A DNA stretch of 64,000 nucleotides from the sequence record NC_009760.1. One strand, 5' to 3'. The notes below the pieces were generated by a model. The model was not told the DNA's origin. It worked only from the letters and a program-made list of their open reading frames with translations, and made no database searches. How positions within the stretch are numbered: position 1 is the first letter of the stretch; every line of letters begins with the position of its first letter. This document shows, piece by piece, positions 35,420 to 45,383 of this stretch. The position numbers and the translations under genes are program-made.

Positions 35420-36286
35420 ATGGCTACTTTTTCTCCGCAAGAAGTGTACCTTGTCGAAGATGGACAGGTAGAAATCATATTAGATTCACCATACGTTGTT
35501 GGTAGTAACACGGTGCAGGTATATCTAAATGGGATGCTATCGTTACTCGGTAAGGACTATCAAGAAGCAAGCGAAACAACACTCAAGTTCCAGTACCAAC
35601 TGAGCAGTGAAGATGTTGTTATCGTTCAACGTAAAGTCGATGTAGAAGGTGCGAGTGTTTCTGTTATCGGGAAAGCCGGTAGTTCATTGTATCAGAAGTA
35701 CGGTGACAAACAAACACTACTGCCGAACCAAAAGTATACACTGACGTTCCGCTATGGTGACCAAGTACATGAGACAGGATTCTCTACTCGCATTGATCCG
35801 CTGTACTCTACATTTGAGACAATCAACTTTGACTTAGGTGAGATCGCAGATGACATTCCGATGGAGCGTATCTTATTCCTGATTTTCCAAAACAGTATCC
35901 TGTCGCAAAACATTGCGTCCGAAGAGAACCTTGAGTTACTAAAGACACAAGCGAAGACACCATATGTATTTAAGCAGTTCGTTCGTTACCGTACGGAGCT
36001 TGATATTATGACGGCAGTCTACTTCGCACTATCCGGACGACAAGGTATCGAGAATAAGATACTAGGTGAATTAACAATCATGCGTCGTAAAGAATTTGGT
36101 ATGGCTGACCTTCGTACCATCTTAGCTGACTTAAAGAATAAGCTACGAGAATGGGAACGAAAACTTCGTGGTTCGGATAAAGTATCACCACTACGTAGTG
36201 CGGTTCGAGGCGGTACAGCAAATCCATATCCACTGAATACACCTCGTCGTAGTTACGACCCAGTACAGAAAGGAGCGAGTTCATAA
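35420..36286 (+). CDS. Putative head-tail adaptor or neck protein, 288 aa
   Basis: N-terminal VYLNG/DY module and helical C-half. Position before the tail genes. Confidence 0.5.
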   Translation: MATFSPQEVYLVEDGQVEIILDSPYVVGSNTVQVYLNGMLSLLGKDYQEASETTLKFQYQLSSEDVVIVQRKVDVEGASVSVIGKAGSSLYQKYGDKQTLLPNQKYTLTFRYGDQVHETGFSTRIDPLYSTFETINFDLGEIADDIPMERILFLIFQNSILSQNIASEENLELLKTQAKTPYVFKQFVRYRTELDIMTAVYFALSGRQGIENKILGELTIMRRKEFGMADLRTILADLKNKLREWERKLRGSDKVSPLRSAVRGGTANPYPLNTPRRSYDPVQKGASS

Positions 36287-36819
36287 TGGCAATTAATTTA
36301 CGACAAGAGATTACGAAGCTCATTGAAGATACAGGTCATTATGTTCTGCTTCAACGTACGAGCCGTAAGATACGATGCAGTTGTTGGAATGAGAAACATC
36401 AAGAGGCAGACCCTTCGTGTCCATATTGTTTAGGACTCGGATGGGTAAGCCGTATTGAGCGACATAAGATTCGCCGACAAACAGCAGTCAATGTAATCTC
36501 ACTGCCAAACAACATTCAGCAAACACCAATCGGTCAGCTATCGACAGATACACGATTGTTCTTCTTCAAGCATGATACGATGCCGAAGAAAGGTGACATC
36601 ATCATGGAGGTTGGCTGGAAAGGACAACGACCAACACATCTCATTACGACGCACGAGATTTCGCACTCCGATGATATGCGTGAACAAAATGGTCGTATTG
36701 AGTTCTTTCAAGTGACGACGAAGGAAAAGAGTGTCGATACAAAGATACGAGGATTCTCCGTACGTAAGATTGGGCCGGTACGAAACTACGAACCTATTTT
36801 TAAGAAGGTGACATTATGA
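36286..36819 (+). CDS. Putative head-closure or neck protein, 177 aa
   Basis: Position, size and beta-rich C-half. RCSC...CPYCLG motif. Confidence 0.5.
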   Translation: MAINLRQEITKLIEDTGHYVLLQRTSRKIRCSCWNEKHQEADPSCPYCLGLGWVSRIERHKIRRQTAVNVISLPNNIQQTPIGQLSTDTRLFFFKHDTMPKKGDIIMEVGWKGQRPTHLITTHEISHSDDMREQNGRIEFFQVTTKEKSVDTKIRGFSVRKIGPVRNYEPIFKKVTL

Positions 36820-38408
36820 TGCGTTATGACTTTCTACTAGATAGAGATGTTCCGAAAGGTATTGGTAACCGGTTGTTCCTACTTGGCGTAAGTGAAGATG
36901 GCCCCTACATGGAGCCTCTTCTTATACGTACAAAAGAACAAGCACGCAAGGTCTTCGGCGACGAGAATAAGGGTACGCTTGTAAAAGCATTTGATGAAGC
37001 GTATGATAGAAAAGAAGATATTTCAATTTATTTAATGCGAATCACCGGAAATTTTGCTACATTAGAAGTAGAAGGTTTTCCGACTGATCCATTAGATCGT
37101 CAGCATCTCTTTATACTCCGAAGTGTTTACGCTGGTGAAAAGTATAACAAGCTCTCCATTAAGCTAAACAACGACGATAAAAGAGAGATACATTCCTTCA
37201 CTCTGAAAACACTCGATCATGAGTTTGTTTATGAAATTCCATACGACATGACAGTCGGTGCATTCGTCAAAGGCATTAATGAAGATTGCAGAATGGGTCG
37301 TCATAAAATCATGGCTTCCACAGACTATCCGCAAGCAGACATTGGTTTCCTTGCAGGTATGTTGTCAGAAGACGAAGAAGTTCGCTCCTTCGATGATGGT
37401 GACGACGGGCTACATCCAACAAGAAACGAACTGTATCTTGCTTGTGATTTAGCGTATCAGATTTTGCAAGGACGACAGGTAGACATTGTTGTACCTGTTG
37501 GCATGTATGTCGATGATGTACATCCGGCTTACTTGTATGGTAAGGCAATTTACGGTAGCTCTTATTATTCATCTTCGTCTGACTATCTTCAATTGATAGA
37601 TACGCAGAATGGTAATAAGGTAGTAAGTTTCCACGAACAACTTATCGAGTTTTGCAGAGAGCAGATGAGACTCGGATATATGTCGAAGGGCGTGATAGGG
37701 ATTCGTCCTTTTACTCATGTTCCTAAGAATATAGAAGAGGACAACACTGCATACATATCTCGACTGGCACAATCCTCTGCGTTTCGTGACCGTCATGGAT
37801 TTACTGACTACAAGAATGGTCTTTGGTATGATAAGGGATATTTCGTATCCGTTGTCGGACATGAACTTATATATCATCCGGGTAAACCGGATGAGTACAC
37901 TGCAAATGGCGCTGTTCGTTACGCTGCAATTCTAGCAGGAAACTTCGATACTACTACGAACGTTGAAATTGGTGATGACGTTGAACTACGTTACGAACTA
38001 TCCAATTACACACTACAAGAACTCAGTCGCATTGGTGTGGTAACTTTCCGCAACAGCATTCGTCGTGGTAACGTGGTTACTAGCGGGGTGACTGCCGGTA
38101 GTCCTGAAAGTGAATTGCATAGTGTGGCAAATGTGAGAATGGTTCAAATAACACTAGCTTATGTGAATCAGGCAGTCGAAATGATATATGAAGGCGAGTT
38201 CGATGCAGGTATGCGCCGTAACTATTTGGAGGAGTTGTTAAGGAAGTTCCTTGATGACTTACAAAAGGAAGGCGTGATCTTGCAGTACGACTACAAAATT
38301 CAGTTCAGAAACGATGACGTCAAAGGCGAAATCCTTTTATTCCTTGAAGGTAAACATACAATAGAGGGCATTCAAACTTCTGCGGAAGTGACCCAACAGG
38401 AGGTATAA
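36816..38408 (+). CDS. Tail sheath paralog, 530 aa
   Basis: LFLLGVSEDGPYMEP aligns with VVLLGTATDGPVMQP of the sheath, and the C-termini also align. Confidence 0.75.
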   Translation: MMRYDFLLDRDVPKGIGNRLFLLGVSEDGPYMEPLLIRTKEQARKVFGDENKGTLVKAFDEAYDRKEDISIYLMRITGNFATLEVEGFPTDPLDRQHLFILRSVYAGEKYNKLSIKLNNDDKREIHSFTLKTLDHEFVYEIPYDMTVGAFVKGINEDCRMGRHKIMASTDYPQADIGFLAGMLSEDEEVRSFDDGDDGLHPTRNELYLACDLAYQILQGRQVDIVVPVGMYVDDVHPAYLYGKAIYGSSYYSSSSDYLQLIDTQNGNKVVSFHEQLIEFCREQMRLGYMSKGVIGIRPFTHVPKNIEEDNTAYISRLAQSSAFRDRHGFTDYKNGLWYDKGYFVSVVGHELIYHPGKPDEYTANGAVRYAAILAGNFDTTTNVEIGDDVELRYELSNYTLQELSRIGVVTFRNSIRRGNVVTSGVTAGSPESELHSVANVRMVQITLAYVNQAVEMIYEGEFDAGMRRNYLEELLRKFLDDLQKEGVILQYDYKIQFRNDDVKGEILLFLEGKHTIEGIQTSAEVTQQEV

Positions 38409-38409
38409 C

Positions 38410-39090
38410 ATGGCTAACGAAGTACGAAGAGGAATGCAGACGGCAGAGGGTTCATTGGACTACGACCAGTTTACGGATGAGATTAATCGTCTTCTCCGTT
38501 TAGCTTGGGGAGATGATTGGGGTACTTTCACAGAGGACGAGCCTACAGGTACAGACGGAAACGATGTTCCTGTTCCGGTGATTACGTTCGACTTAGAAAG
38601 TAGGAAGAGAACGAAGTATGGCGTCAAGTCATTGGAGCCTGTTCACTTCGATACGATTCCTGACCCTGAGAATCCAGCGCACTCTATGAAACTATATCGT
38701 CAGTGGTTTGATGTTGAAATGGTCTTCCGAGTATTTCACAACACAAACCGTGCTGCTCGCCTCCTCATGGAAGAGTTTGAAGACTTCCTATTTACATATA
38801 AGAGTCATCTTAAACACATAGGAATCTCGGAGCTTATTTTCCAAGAGGAGAAGAAACCAACGGTTGAATCGAGATGGAGTCAAAAGCTTGCAGCTAGAAC
38901 ACTCCTATATCTCGTTCGCATAGAACGAATCACTACGGTTCGTTCAAACAATTTCGTTGAAATTGAGACTACGGTTAAGGATGCGAAAATCACAAACCCT
39001 CCTATGGATGGTGTACGTGAGACAATTGTTGGTTCCAAAATGGATCCGATGATTGCGCAGTACCGTAGTCAAATGAAGATCACAGAATAA
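38410..39090 (+). CDS. Putative tail terminator or completion protein, 226 aa
   Basis: Position immediately before the sheath. Alpha/beta pattern. Confidence 0.45.
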   Translation: MANEVRRGMQTAEGSLDYDQFTDEINRLLRLAWGDDWGTFTEDEPTGTDGNDVPVPVITFDLESRKRTKYGVKSLEPVHFDTIPDPENPAHSMKLYRQWFDVEMVFRVFHNTNRAARLLMEEFEDFLFTYKSHLKHIGISELIFQEEKKPTVESRWSQKLAARTLLYLVRIERITTVRSNNFVEIETTVKDAKITNPPMDGVRETIVGSKMDPMIAQYRSQMKITE

Positions 39091-39104
39091 GGGAGGATTT
39101 CAAC

Positions 39105-41258
39105 ATGGCTGGATTCGATCAATATCAAGCTATTCCGGGTCATAACGCCCGCTTCAAAGACGGGAACTTAAACTTAAAGTCCGACCCGAATCCAAGAGAA
39201 ACTGAATCAGTTGTACTCTTAGGTACGGCGACTGACGGCCCTGTAATGCAACCTGTTCGTGTAACACCTGAGACTGCTTACAACATCTTCGGTAAAGTTG
39301 CACACGAGAACGGTGTATACAATGGTGCTACATTGCTTCCTAAATTCGAAGAACTTTGGGCAGCAGGTAACCGTGACATTCGCTTAATGCGTACGACTGG
39401 TGTGAACGCTGTTTCTAGTTTACTAGGTACTTCTTACAGCAAGAATAGTAAAGAAGTTGCAGAGGACAAGCTAGGTGGCGCTCAAGCTCGTGGTAACGTA
39501 GCAGCAACATTTACTTTACCTAACGGTGGTATCGTTGAAGCAACGTTCCTATTAAAAGCACGAGGCGTAATCATTCCTCCAAACAACTACACGCTTGATG
39601 TAGGTACTGAGGAAGATATGAAAGCTGGTACACAACCAACATTCGCACAAGTGCTATTAAATGAAAACGTAGCAGACATGGAATCTGAGATTACAGTAAG
39701 CTATGAGTTCACTTATAAAGATGCACAAGGCGAAACAAAAACATCTGAGGTGTTAGACAATAACACTGATAAAGATGGTAAACCGATGATTGCGAAAGGC
39801 GCTGACGTAACAATCAAACTTGAGCATGTTGCTTTAGCTGGCTTGAAGCTATACGCTGATGGCATTGAAGTAGTAGATGCAAAAGCATTCACTGTTGCTG
39901 GTGACCAATTAACAATCCACTCAAACAGCAAGATGAAGTTAGGTGCGTCACTAGAAGCACAGTACGCTTACAATCTTGTGGAAGTGATCCAACCGGTTAT
40001 CGAGCTAGAATCTATCTTCGGTGGTGGCGTGTACAACGACATCATGCGCAAAGTAGAATCTAAAGACGGTGCGGTTACGGTTACAATCACAAAACCTGAA
40101 AGCAAACGTGGCATGATTAGTGAAGACCCACTTGTATTCAAATCAGGAGATTACACGAACTTCAAGATGTTAGTTGACGCAATCAACAACCATCCGTTTA
40201 ACAACGTAGTTCGTGCAAGAACAAAGCCTGAGTTTGAAGCAACGTTCACTAGCACGCTTCAAGCTGCTGCTGATGCAAAATTCTCTGGCGGTAAAGACGA
40301 GCTTTCTCTTGATAAAGAGGAAATGTACAAACGTCTTGGCGGAGAGAAAAACGAAGAAGGCTTCGTAACGAAACAAGGTGCTTACCAGTACCTAGAGAAC
40401 TACGAAGTGGACTACGTAATTCCTTTAGGTGTTCACGCTGATACAAAGTTAATCGGTAAATACGATGACTTCGCTTACCAATTAGCATTAGCGTGTGCTG
40501 TAATGTCTCATTATAACAGTGTCACAATTGGAATCATTCCAACGACAACACCATCTGACATCTCACTTGCTGGGGTTGAAGAACACGTTAAGAAGTTAGA
40601 GAACTATGCGAACGAGTTCTACATGCGTGACCGTTTCGGTAACATCATCTTTGATGCTGACCGTAACAAGATTGACTTAGGTCAATTCATTGAAGTTGTG
40701 GCTGGCCCTGACTTCATCGTTCGTAACACTCGTTTAGGACAGATGGCTTCAACGCCTGACGCTTCATACATCGGTATGGTGTCACAATTGAAAACACAAT
40801 CTGCTCCAACGAACAAACCATTACCATCTGTTACAGCATTACGTTATACGTACTCTGCTAACCAATTGAACCGCTTAACGAAAGCTCGTTTCGCAACGTT
40901 CAAGTACAAGCAAGATGGTTCTATCGGCGTAGTAGATGCACCGACATCTGCACATGCAGGTAGTGACTACACTCGCTTATCTACTGCTCGTATCGTAAAA
41001 GAAGCAGTAAACGCTGTGCGTGAAGTGGCTGATCCATTCATCGGGGAACCGAATGATACTGGTAACCGTAACGCATTAACGGCTGCTGTTGACAAACGAT
41101 TAAGCAAGATGATCGAGAACAAAGCTTTACTGGGCTTTGACTTCCGACTTGTTGTGACTCCTCAACAAGAGTTACTTGGCGAAGGTTCAATCGAACTTAG
41201 CTTAGAGGCTCCAAACGAGTTACGTCGCTTAACAACAATCGTTAGCTTGAGCGCATAA
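39105..41258 (+). CDS. Contractile tail sheath protein, 717 aa
   Basis: C-terminal RLSTARIVKEAVNAVREVADPFIGEPND...RLSKMIENKAL is the sheath pattern. Followed by a tube gene. Confidence 0.92.
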   Translation: MAGFDQYQAIPGHNARFKDGNLNLKSDPNPRETESVVLLGTATDGPVMQPVRVTPETAYNIFGKVAHENGVYNGATLLPKFEELWAAGNRDIRLMRTTGVNAVSSLLGTSYSKNSKEVAEDKLGGAQARGNVAATFTLPNGGIVEATFLLKARGVIIPPNNYTLDVGTEEDMKAGTQPTFAQVLLNENVADMESEITVSYEFTYKDAQGETKTSEVLDNNTDKDGKPMIAKGADVTIKLEHVALAGLKLYADGIEVVDAKAFTVAGDQLTIHSNSKMKLGASLEAQYAYNLVEVIQPVIELESIFGGGVYNDIMRKVESKDGAVTVTITKPESKRGMISEDPLVFKSGDYTNFKMLVDAINNHPFNNVVRARTKPEFEATFTSTLQAAADAKFSGGKDELSLDKEEMYKRLGGEKNEEGFVTKQGAYQYLENYEVDYVIPLGVHADTKLIGKYDDFAYQLALACAVMSHYNSVTIGIIPTTTPSDISLAGVEEHVKKLENYANEFYMRDRFGNIIFDADRNKIDLGQFIEVVAGPDFIVRNTRLGQMASTPDASYIGMVSQLKTQSAPTNKPLPSVTALRYTYSANQLNRLTKARFATFKYKQDGSIGVVDAPTSAHAGSDYTRLSTARIVKEAVNAVREVADPFIGEPNDTGNRNALTAAVDKRLSKMIENKALLGFDFRLVVTPQQELLGEGSIELSLEAPNELRRLTTIVSLSA

Positions 41259-41260
41259 TA

Positions 41261-41282
41261 CATGGGGGTTAACGCCCCCGTG
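41261..41282 (+). promoter_or_regulatory. Hairpin between sheath and tube genes
   Basis: CATGGGGG-TTAACG-CCCCCGTG with a weak T-tail. Confidence 0.45.
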
Positions 41283-41317
41283 TTATACAAATACCTCATT
41301 TAAGGGAGGCTACATAG

Positions 41318-42100
41318 ATGGCTGGTAAGGATTACGCAAAAACACTAACAAGTTTCTCCGGTTCTGACTTAGTAGTAAACTTCGGGCCGAAAACAATTGG
41401 TGAATTACAGCAAATCTCATGGGGTATCAAACGTGAGAAAGCGCCAGTATTCACATTAGGTTCTCCTGATGCACGTTCATTCTCTCGTGGTAAACGTGGT
41501 ATCGGTGGGTCATTAGTAATGGCTCAATTCAACCGTGACGCTCTTATGGAAGAGTTAGTAGACGATGCAAACGTATGGAAGCAAATTGCTCCGGTTGCAA
41601 TGTTTACAGCGGCGGGTAACTTATCTCAACGTAGTAATGAAATGTTCGAGAACGCATTACATGCTGCTGGTTGGGGTGACTACGCTGACTATACTCGTTC
41701 TAATCCTACTCCGGATATTCCGGGTGTTACTGTAGGTGCAGCGCAGTACGGTTACACAGGCGGTACACAAATTACAGCAGGAACAACAATCGGTAACGAT
41801 GGTGCGACTACTGTACGTGTTCCACCGGGCTTCGCTCAAATCCGCGCGAAGAACATTATCTATGCTGATATGATTCCAGCATTCGACGTAACGTTAACGT
41901 TTGCGAACGAATACGGTCAAGCAGCATTCCAAAAAATCTATGACATTGATATTCTAGATGAGCAGTCTGGTGTATCTGTAGACTCTATCATCATGGAACG
42001 TTCTATGAGCTATGTTGCTCGTCGTATCTCTCCATTAATGACAGGTGTTTATGACCGTGCTACAGGCGGTAGTGTTACAGGACGAGGCGTTTACGCCTAA
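41318..42100 (+). CDS. Tail tube protein, 260 aa
   Basis: Follows the sheath, with strong RBS and downstream terminator. FSGSDL...GELQQISW...RGKRGIGGSL tube-type beta pattern. Confidence 0.85.
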   Translation: MAGKDYAKTLTSFSGSDLVVNFGPKTIGELQQISWGIKREKAPVFTLGSPDARSFSRGKRGIGGSLVMAQFNRDALMEELVDDANVWKQIAPVAMFTAAGNLSQRSNEMFENALHAAGWGDYADYTRSNPTPDIPGVTVGAAQYGYTGGTQITAGTTIGNDGATTVRVPPGFAQIRAKNIIYADMIPAFDVTLTFANEYGQAAFQKIYDIDILDEQSGVSVDSIIMERSMSYVARRISPLMTGVYDRATGGSVTGRGVYA

Positions 42101-42108
42101 TTAACAAG

Positions 42109-42137
42109 TAGCCCGGCTGAGATGCCGGGTTATTTTT
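42109..42137 (+). terminator. Intrinsic terminator after tube gene
   Basis: TAGCCCGGC-TGAGAT-GCCGGGTTA followed by TTTTT. Confidence 0.8.
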
Positions 42138-42151
42138 ATAGGAGGAATACT

Positions 42152-43660
42152 ATGTATGTTCGAGGTGGAGCAAAAGCTCCTGAGGTAAGTCGCTTTGAAA
42201 GTGCTGATAGATTCGGAGAAACATATTCCGGTGCAGACATGAACGTATATATGGCGTTCCCCGGCTACAAGCCATTATGGGTAGGAACCGTATCGACTGT
42301 TAGCTACACGGTATATCGTGAGAAGAAACAAGTACGTACATTAGGGAAGATCAATGCGAAGGGAATTGTAAAAGGCCCTCGTACAATTAGTGGTCGATTA
42401 ATCTTTACTGTTATATCGGAACACATCGTAGAAAGCATTCGCCAAGAGATTCCGTACCTTCGTAGCTATAAAGTATTACTAATGGATGAACTACCTCCAT
42501 TTGATTTATTGGTTAGCTTCGGTAATGAATACGGCGCAGGTGCAGGTCTAGTTGTCGAAGGTGTAACAACAGTTGATGAACAGAAAACAATGTCTATCGA
42601 AGATTTATTTACAGAGAACATCTTTACGTATCTAGCACGAGGACTACAGCCGATGCGAGACATCTTTGCAAGTAATGCGAAGAAACCATACAATCCGCTT
42701 GATTGGTATACATCAGACTTCCGTCACCCGCAGAGTGAAGTCATGGCGAAGTTCAAAGTAAATGACTTGATGGTAGCAAAAGAAAGCTTACTACTTGCTG
42801 ACCCGACTCCGTTCTTAGGTGGGCCGGACGAATGGGATTCAGAAGCCGCACCGACGATGGATATTACAAACGTCAATATTAATAACGGTGGTGGCAGTAA
42901 CGGGAACACGAGCTGGGGCGGTAAAGGTTCGAAAGTATTTGTACAGGTATACGATGGATCGAAATCAGCGCAACCTCCGATTGAAGGAGCTACCGTTGTA
43001 TGTGCAGGTCAGTCTTTAACGACAGATAAGAAAGGTGAGGTATCGTTCTTCACGCAGAGTGCTGAACTCGAAGTATCTGCAACAAAGGATGGATTCAAAC
43101 AAGGAGGCGGAAACCCAACGACGATTAAGACAGATAAAACGGATGTATCGAAATATGTTCGTCTGCCATTAATCCCTCGTGGCGGTGTCGCAAATCCGGG
43201 CGGAGGAGCTTGCGGTGGTAGTGATAAAACAATCATTGGTGAAGTTCGTCCGATTGGTGTATGGTTTAAAGAGGGAGCAACAACGCACTACATTGTTCCT
43301 CGTGATTCGAAGGGTAAGAAGTACCTGTATCCGAAACCATCTGTACAAGTATTAAACCGATGCGGTGAACCTGTTAAAGATGCGAAAGTAATGTGGCGCT
43401 ATGAGATTGCAAACTTCTCATCTGTTAAGAAGAATGATTGCTGGGGAGATACATGGCTACCATTCTCTTGTATCGGTCAGATCAAACAGTCGTCAGGTTT
43501 TATTACAAAAGGTGTGTCGGTAGATAAAGATGGTACATCAACAATGCCGGAGTTTAACTTTGGTAAATTCCCAACAGGTGCAGGAGTCAAGATTATCGGT
43601 GAGTCCGGTGACTATGGTATCCATGCAACATACTACTTTGAATTATCAGAGGGAGATTAA
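42152..43660 (+). CDS. Tube-paralog protein with C-terminal Ig/transthyretin-like domains, 502 aa
   Basis: YSGADM...SYTVYREKKQVRTLG...KGPRTISGRL aligns with the tube. A Gly linker is followed by PIEGATV...TTDKKGEVSF. AGGAGG RBS fits ATG 42152. Confidence 0.7.
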   Translation: MYVRGGAKAPEVSRFESADRFGETYSGADMNVYMAFPGYKPLWVGTVSTVSYTVYREKKQVRTLGKINAKGIVKGPRTISGRLIFTVISEHIVESIRQEIPYLRSYKVLLMDELPPFDLLVSFGNEYGAGAGLVVEGVTTVDEQKTMSIEDLFTENIFTYLARGLQPMRDIFASNAKKPYNPLDWYTSDFRHPQSEVMAKFKVNDLMVAKESLLLADPTPFLGGPDEWDSEAAPTMDITNVNINNGGGSNGNTSWGGKGSKVFVQVYDGSKSAQPPIEGATVVCAGQSLTTDKKGEVSFFTQSAELEVSATKDGFKQGGGNPTTIKTDKTDVSKYVRLPLIPRGGVANPGGGACGGSDKTIIGEVRPIGVWFKEGATTHYIVPRDSKGKKYLYPKPSVQVLNRCGEPVKDAKVMWRYEIANFSSVKKNDCWGDTWLPFSCIGQIKQSSGFITKGVSVDKDGTSTMPEFNFGKFPTGAGVKIIGESGDYGIHATYYFELSEGD

Positions 43661-43672
43661 GGGGTGAAGTAA

Positions 43673-45349
43673 ATGCCGGATACAACGCCGAATCAGGTCA
43701 AGCTAGAAGACCTGCAATCCACGAAGCTACTTCGTGAATATAAGAAATCTGTATACGAACCGCAAGGTATCGACTTTAATAAACGACAAGTAGACTATCA
43801 GTTATTCCCGGAAGAATACTTCACAGGGACAGACGTATTCGTTTACTTCAATGACTTATGGCTAGATGAAATCGTAAGTCTTAGTTTTACACTATCTGAA
43901 AACGTAAAGGGTATCTTTGGATATGCGTCGAATACATGGGACTATGTAGGTCGTGGTAAACGACAAGTAGTTGGTCAGTTCCGAATCGCATTCAAAGAAG
44001 CTGGCTATATGTTCGCCGTACTTGACCATATTGGTAAGCAGGGCAACCATAAGAAGACAGCGATAAGCTGGATTGAGAATAAGGATGCGAAAGTAGAGAA
44101 TGGTATCGACGGCGTACCGGCTGGCTATGCTGATGTACTGGAACGCATTGAGGATGCACTTGGTCGTATCTATGGTGATCCGGGGGCGAAAGCACAGGAT
44201 AAGTCTTACCAAGAGAAGTATCGTCGTGACTTCGAATGGAACTTACCAATGCAGTTAGGCTCTCCGAATACAAACATGGGTGAACCACGTACAAGTACAA
44301 ATCAAACGGGTCAAGTATCACAATTACAACAGCGACTCATTGACCTCGGCTTTGGATTCCCTGAGGCGAAGTTCAACTGGGGTAAACATTATGCAGGTGA
44401 TAGCTGGACTGGTTCGAAAGGACAATGGGTATCGCCGGGTACAACACAAGCATCCATTGATTATATCAACAAACGTACAGGGCAACACCTCGGTACATCC
44501 AGTGGTGATTGGTATGTATGTCTTCGTTACTTCCCTGAGGGTGGTATGATTCATAAATCTATCGGTGCAAAAGATGCGATGAGTCAGTTCGAAGTACAAC
44601 TTCAAAAACGTTTAGACCGTTATCCGGGTGAACTGTCCGGCTTAAACATGGGTGGTATGTACGGACGATACGATGGACGTTACGGTTCGGGGCCATTAAA
44701 AGGTGTGCAGTTATTCCAAAAGTTAGCGGGCATCAATGATGGATCGCAAGGGTATTACATCACATCTCAAACGAAGCGTGCGCTAGAAGCTGGCTTAAAA
44801 GTAACAGGTGAATATGATGTAGCGACACGAGTAGCTGTATGGCTTTATCAAGCGAAGCAAATTGCAAGCGGTAATCCCTATAATATTCGTGAAGCTAATG
44901 GTATAGTAGATAAAGAGACTCTACTCGCAATGGGTGAAGATTCAGACCGTACAGTAGTTGTTCCCGGTGAGAACCGATACAAACCTACAGAGATGGCTGA
45001 ACATTTATATGCAACCTATGAGCGTGAAGTATGGGGACGACCATTTGTGGAGCGTGCAGAGAACGTACGAAGAGAGGACAGCTTCTTCTACCGTAGCCGA
45101 CGTAATGAGAATGGTGACCGTCACCTTGAGTCCTTATCGCAAAACGGGTTTGATATTTATATCAACTATGGCCCGTTGCCGCAGTACATACAAAACAAAC
45201 TCAATAAGTTACCTGATGGCGGAAGTTTTAACACAACCGTCAAAGCGATTCGTAACGTACAGCTTACTGATGTTCAGCAAGTGATAGATGCGAATACAGG
45301 GCAACCGATTGAGGAGATTTATAGTTTCGTAGCAAAAGATTTAGACTAG
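43673..45349 (+). CDS. Tube-paralog protein with inserted peptidoglycan-binding domains, 558 aa
   Basis: FTGTDV...RGKRQVVGQF at the N-end and YSFVAKDL at the C-end align with the tube. VSQLQQRL, VQLFQKLAGI and ANGIVDKETL are PG_binding_1 motifs. Confidence 0.7.
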   Translation: MPDTTPNQVKLEDLQSTKLLREYKKSVYEPQGIDFNKRQVDYQLFPEEYFTGTDVFVYFNDLWLDEIVSLSFTLSENVKGIFGYASNTWDYVGRGKRQVVGQFRIAFKEAGYMFAVLDHIGKQGNHKKTAISWIENKDAKVENGIDGVPAGYADVLERIEDALGRIYGDPGAKAQDKSYQEKYRRDFEWNLPMQLGSPNTNMGEPRTSTNQTGQVSQLQQRLIDLGFGFPEAKFNWGKHYAGDSWTGSKGQWVSPGTTQASIDYINKRTGQHLGTSSGDWYVCLRYFPEGGMIHKSIGAKDAMSQFEVQLQKRLDRYPGELSGLNMGGMYGRYDGRYGSGPLKGVQLFQKLAGINDGSQGYYITSQTKRALEAGLKVTGEYDVATRVAVWLYQAKQIASGNPYNIREANGIVDKETLLAMGEDSDRTVVVPGENRYKPTEMAEHLYATYEREVWGRPFVERAENVRREDSFFYRSRRNENGDRHLESLSQNGFDIYINYGPLPQYIQNKLNKLPDGGSFNTTVKAIRNVQLTDVQQVIDANTGQPIEEIYSFVAKDLD

Positions 45350-45383
45350 TCAATTGTGAGAGTGACAAAGAGGAGGATGTTAC

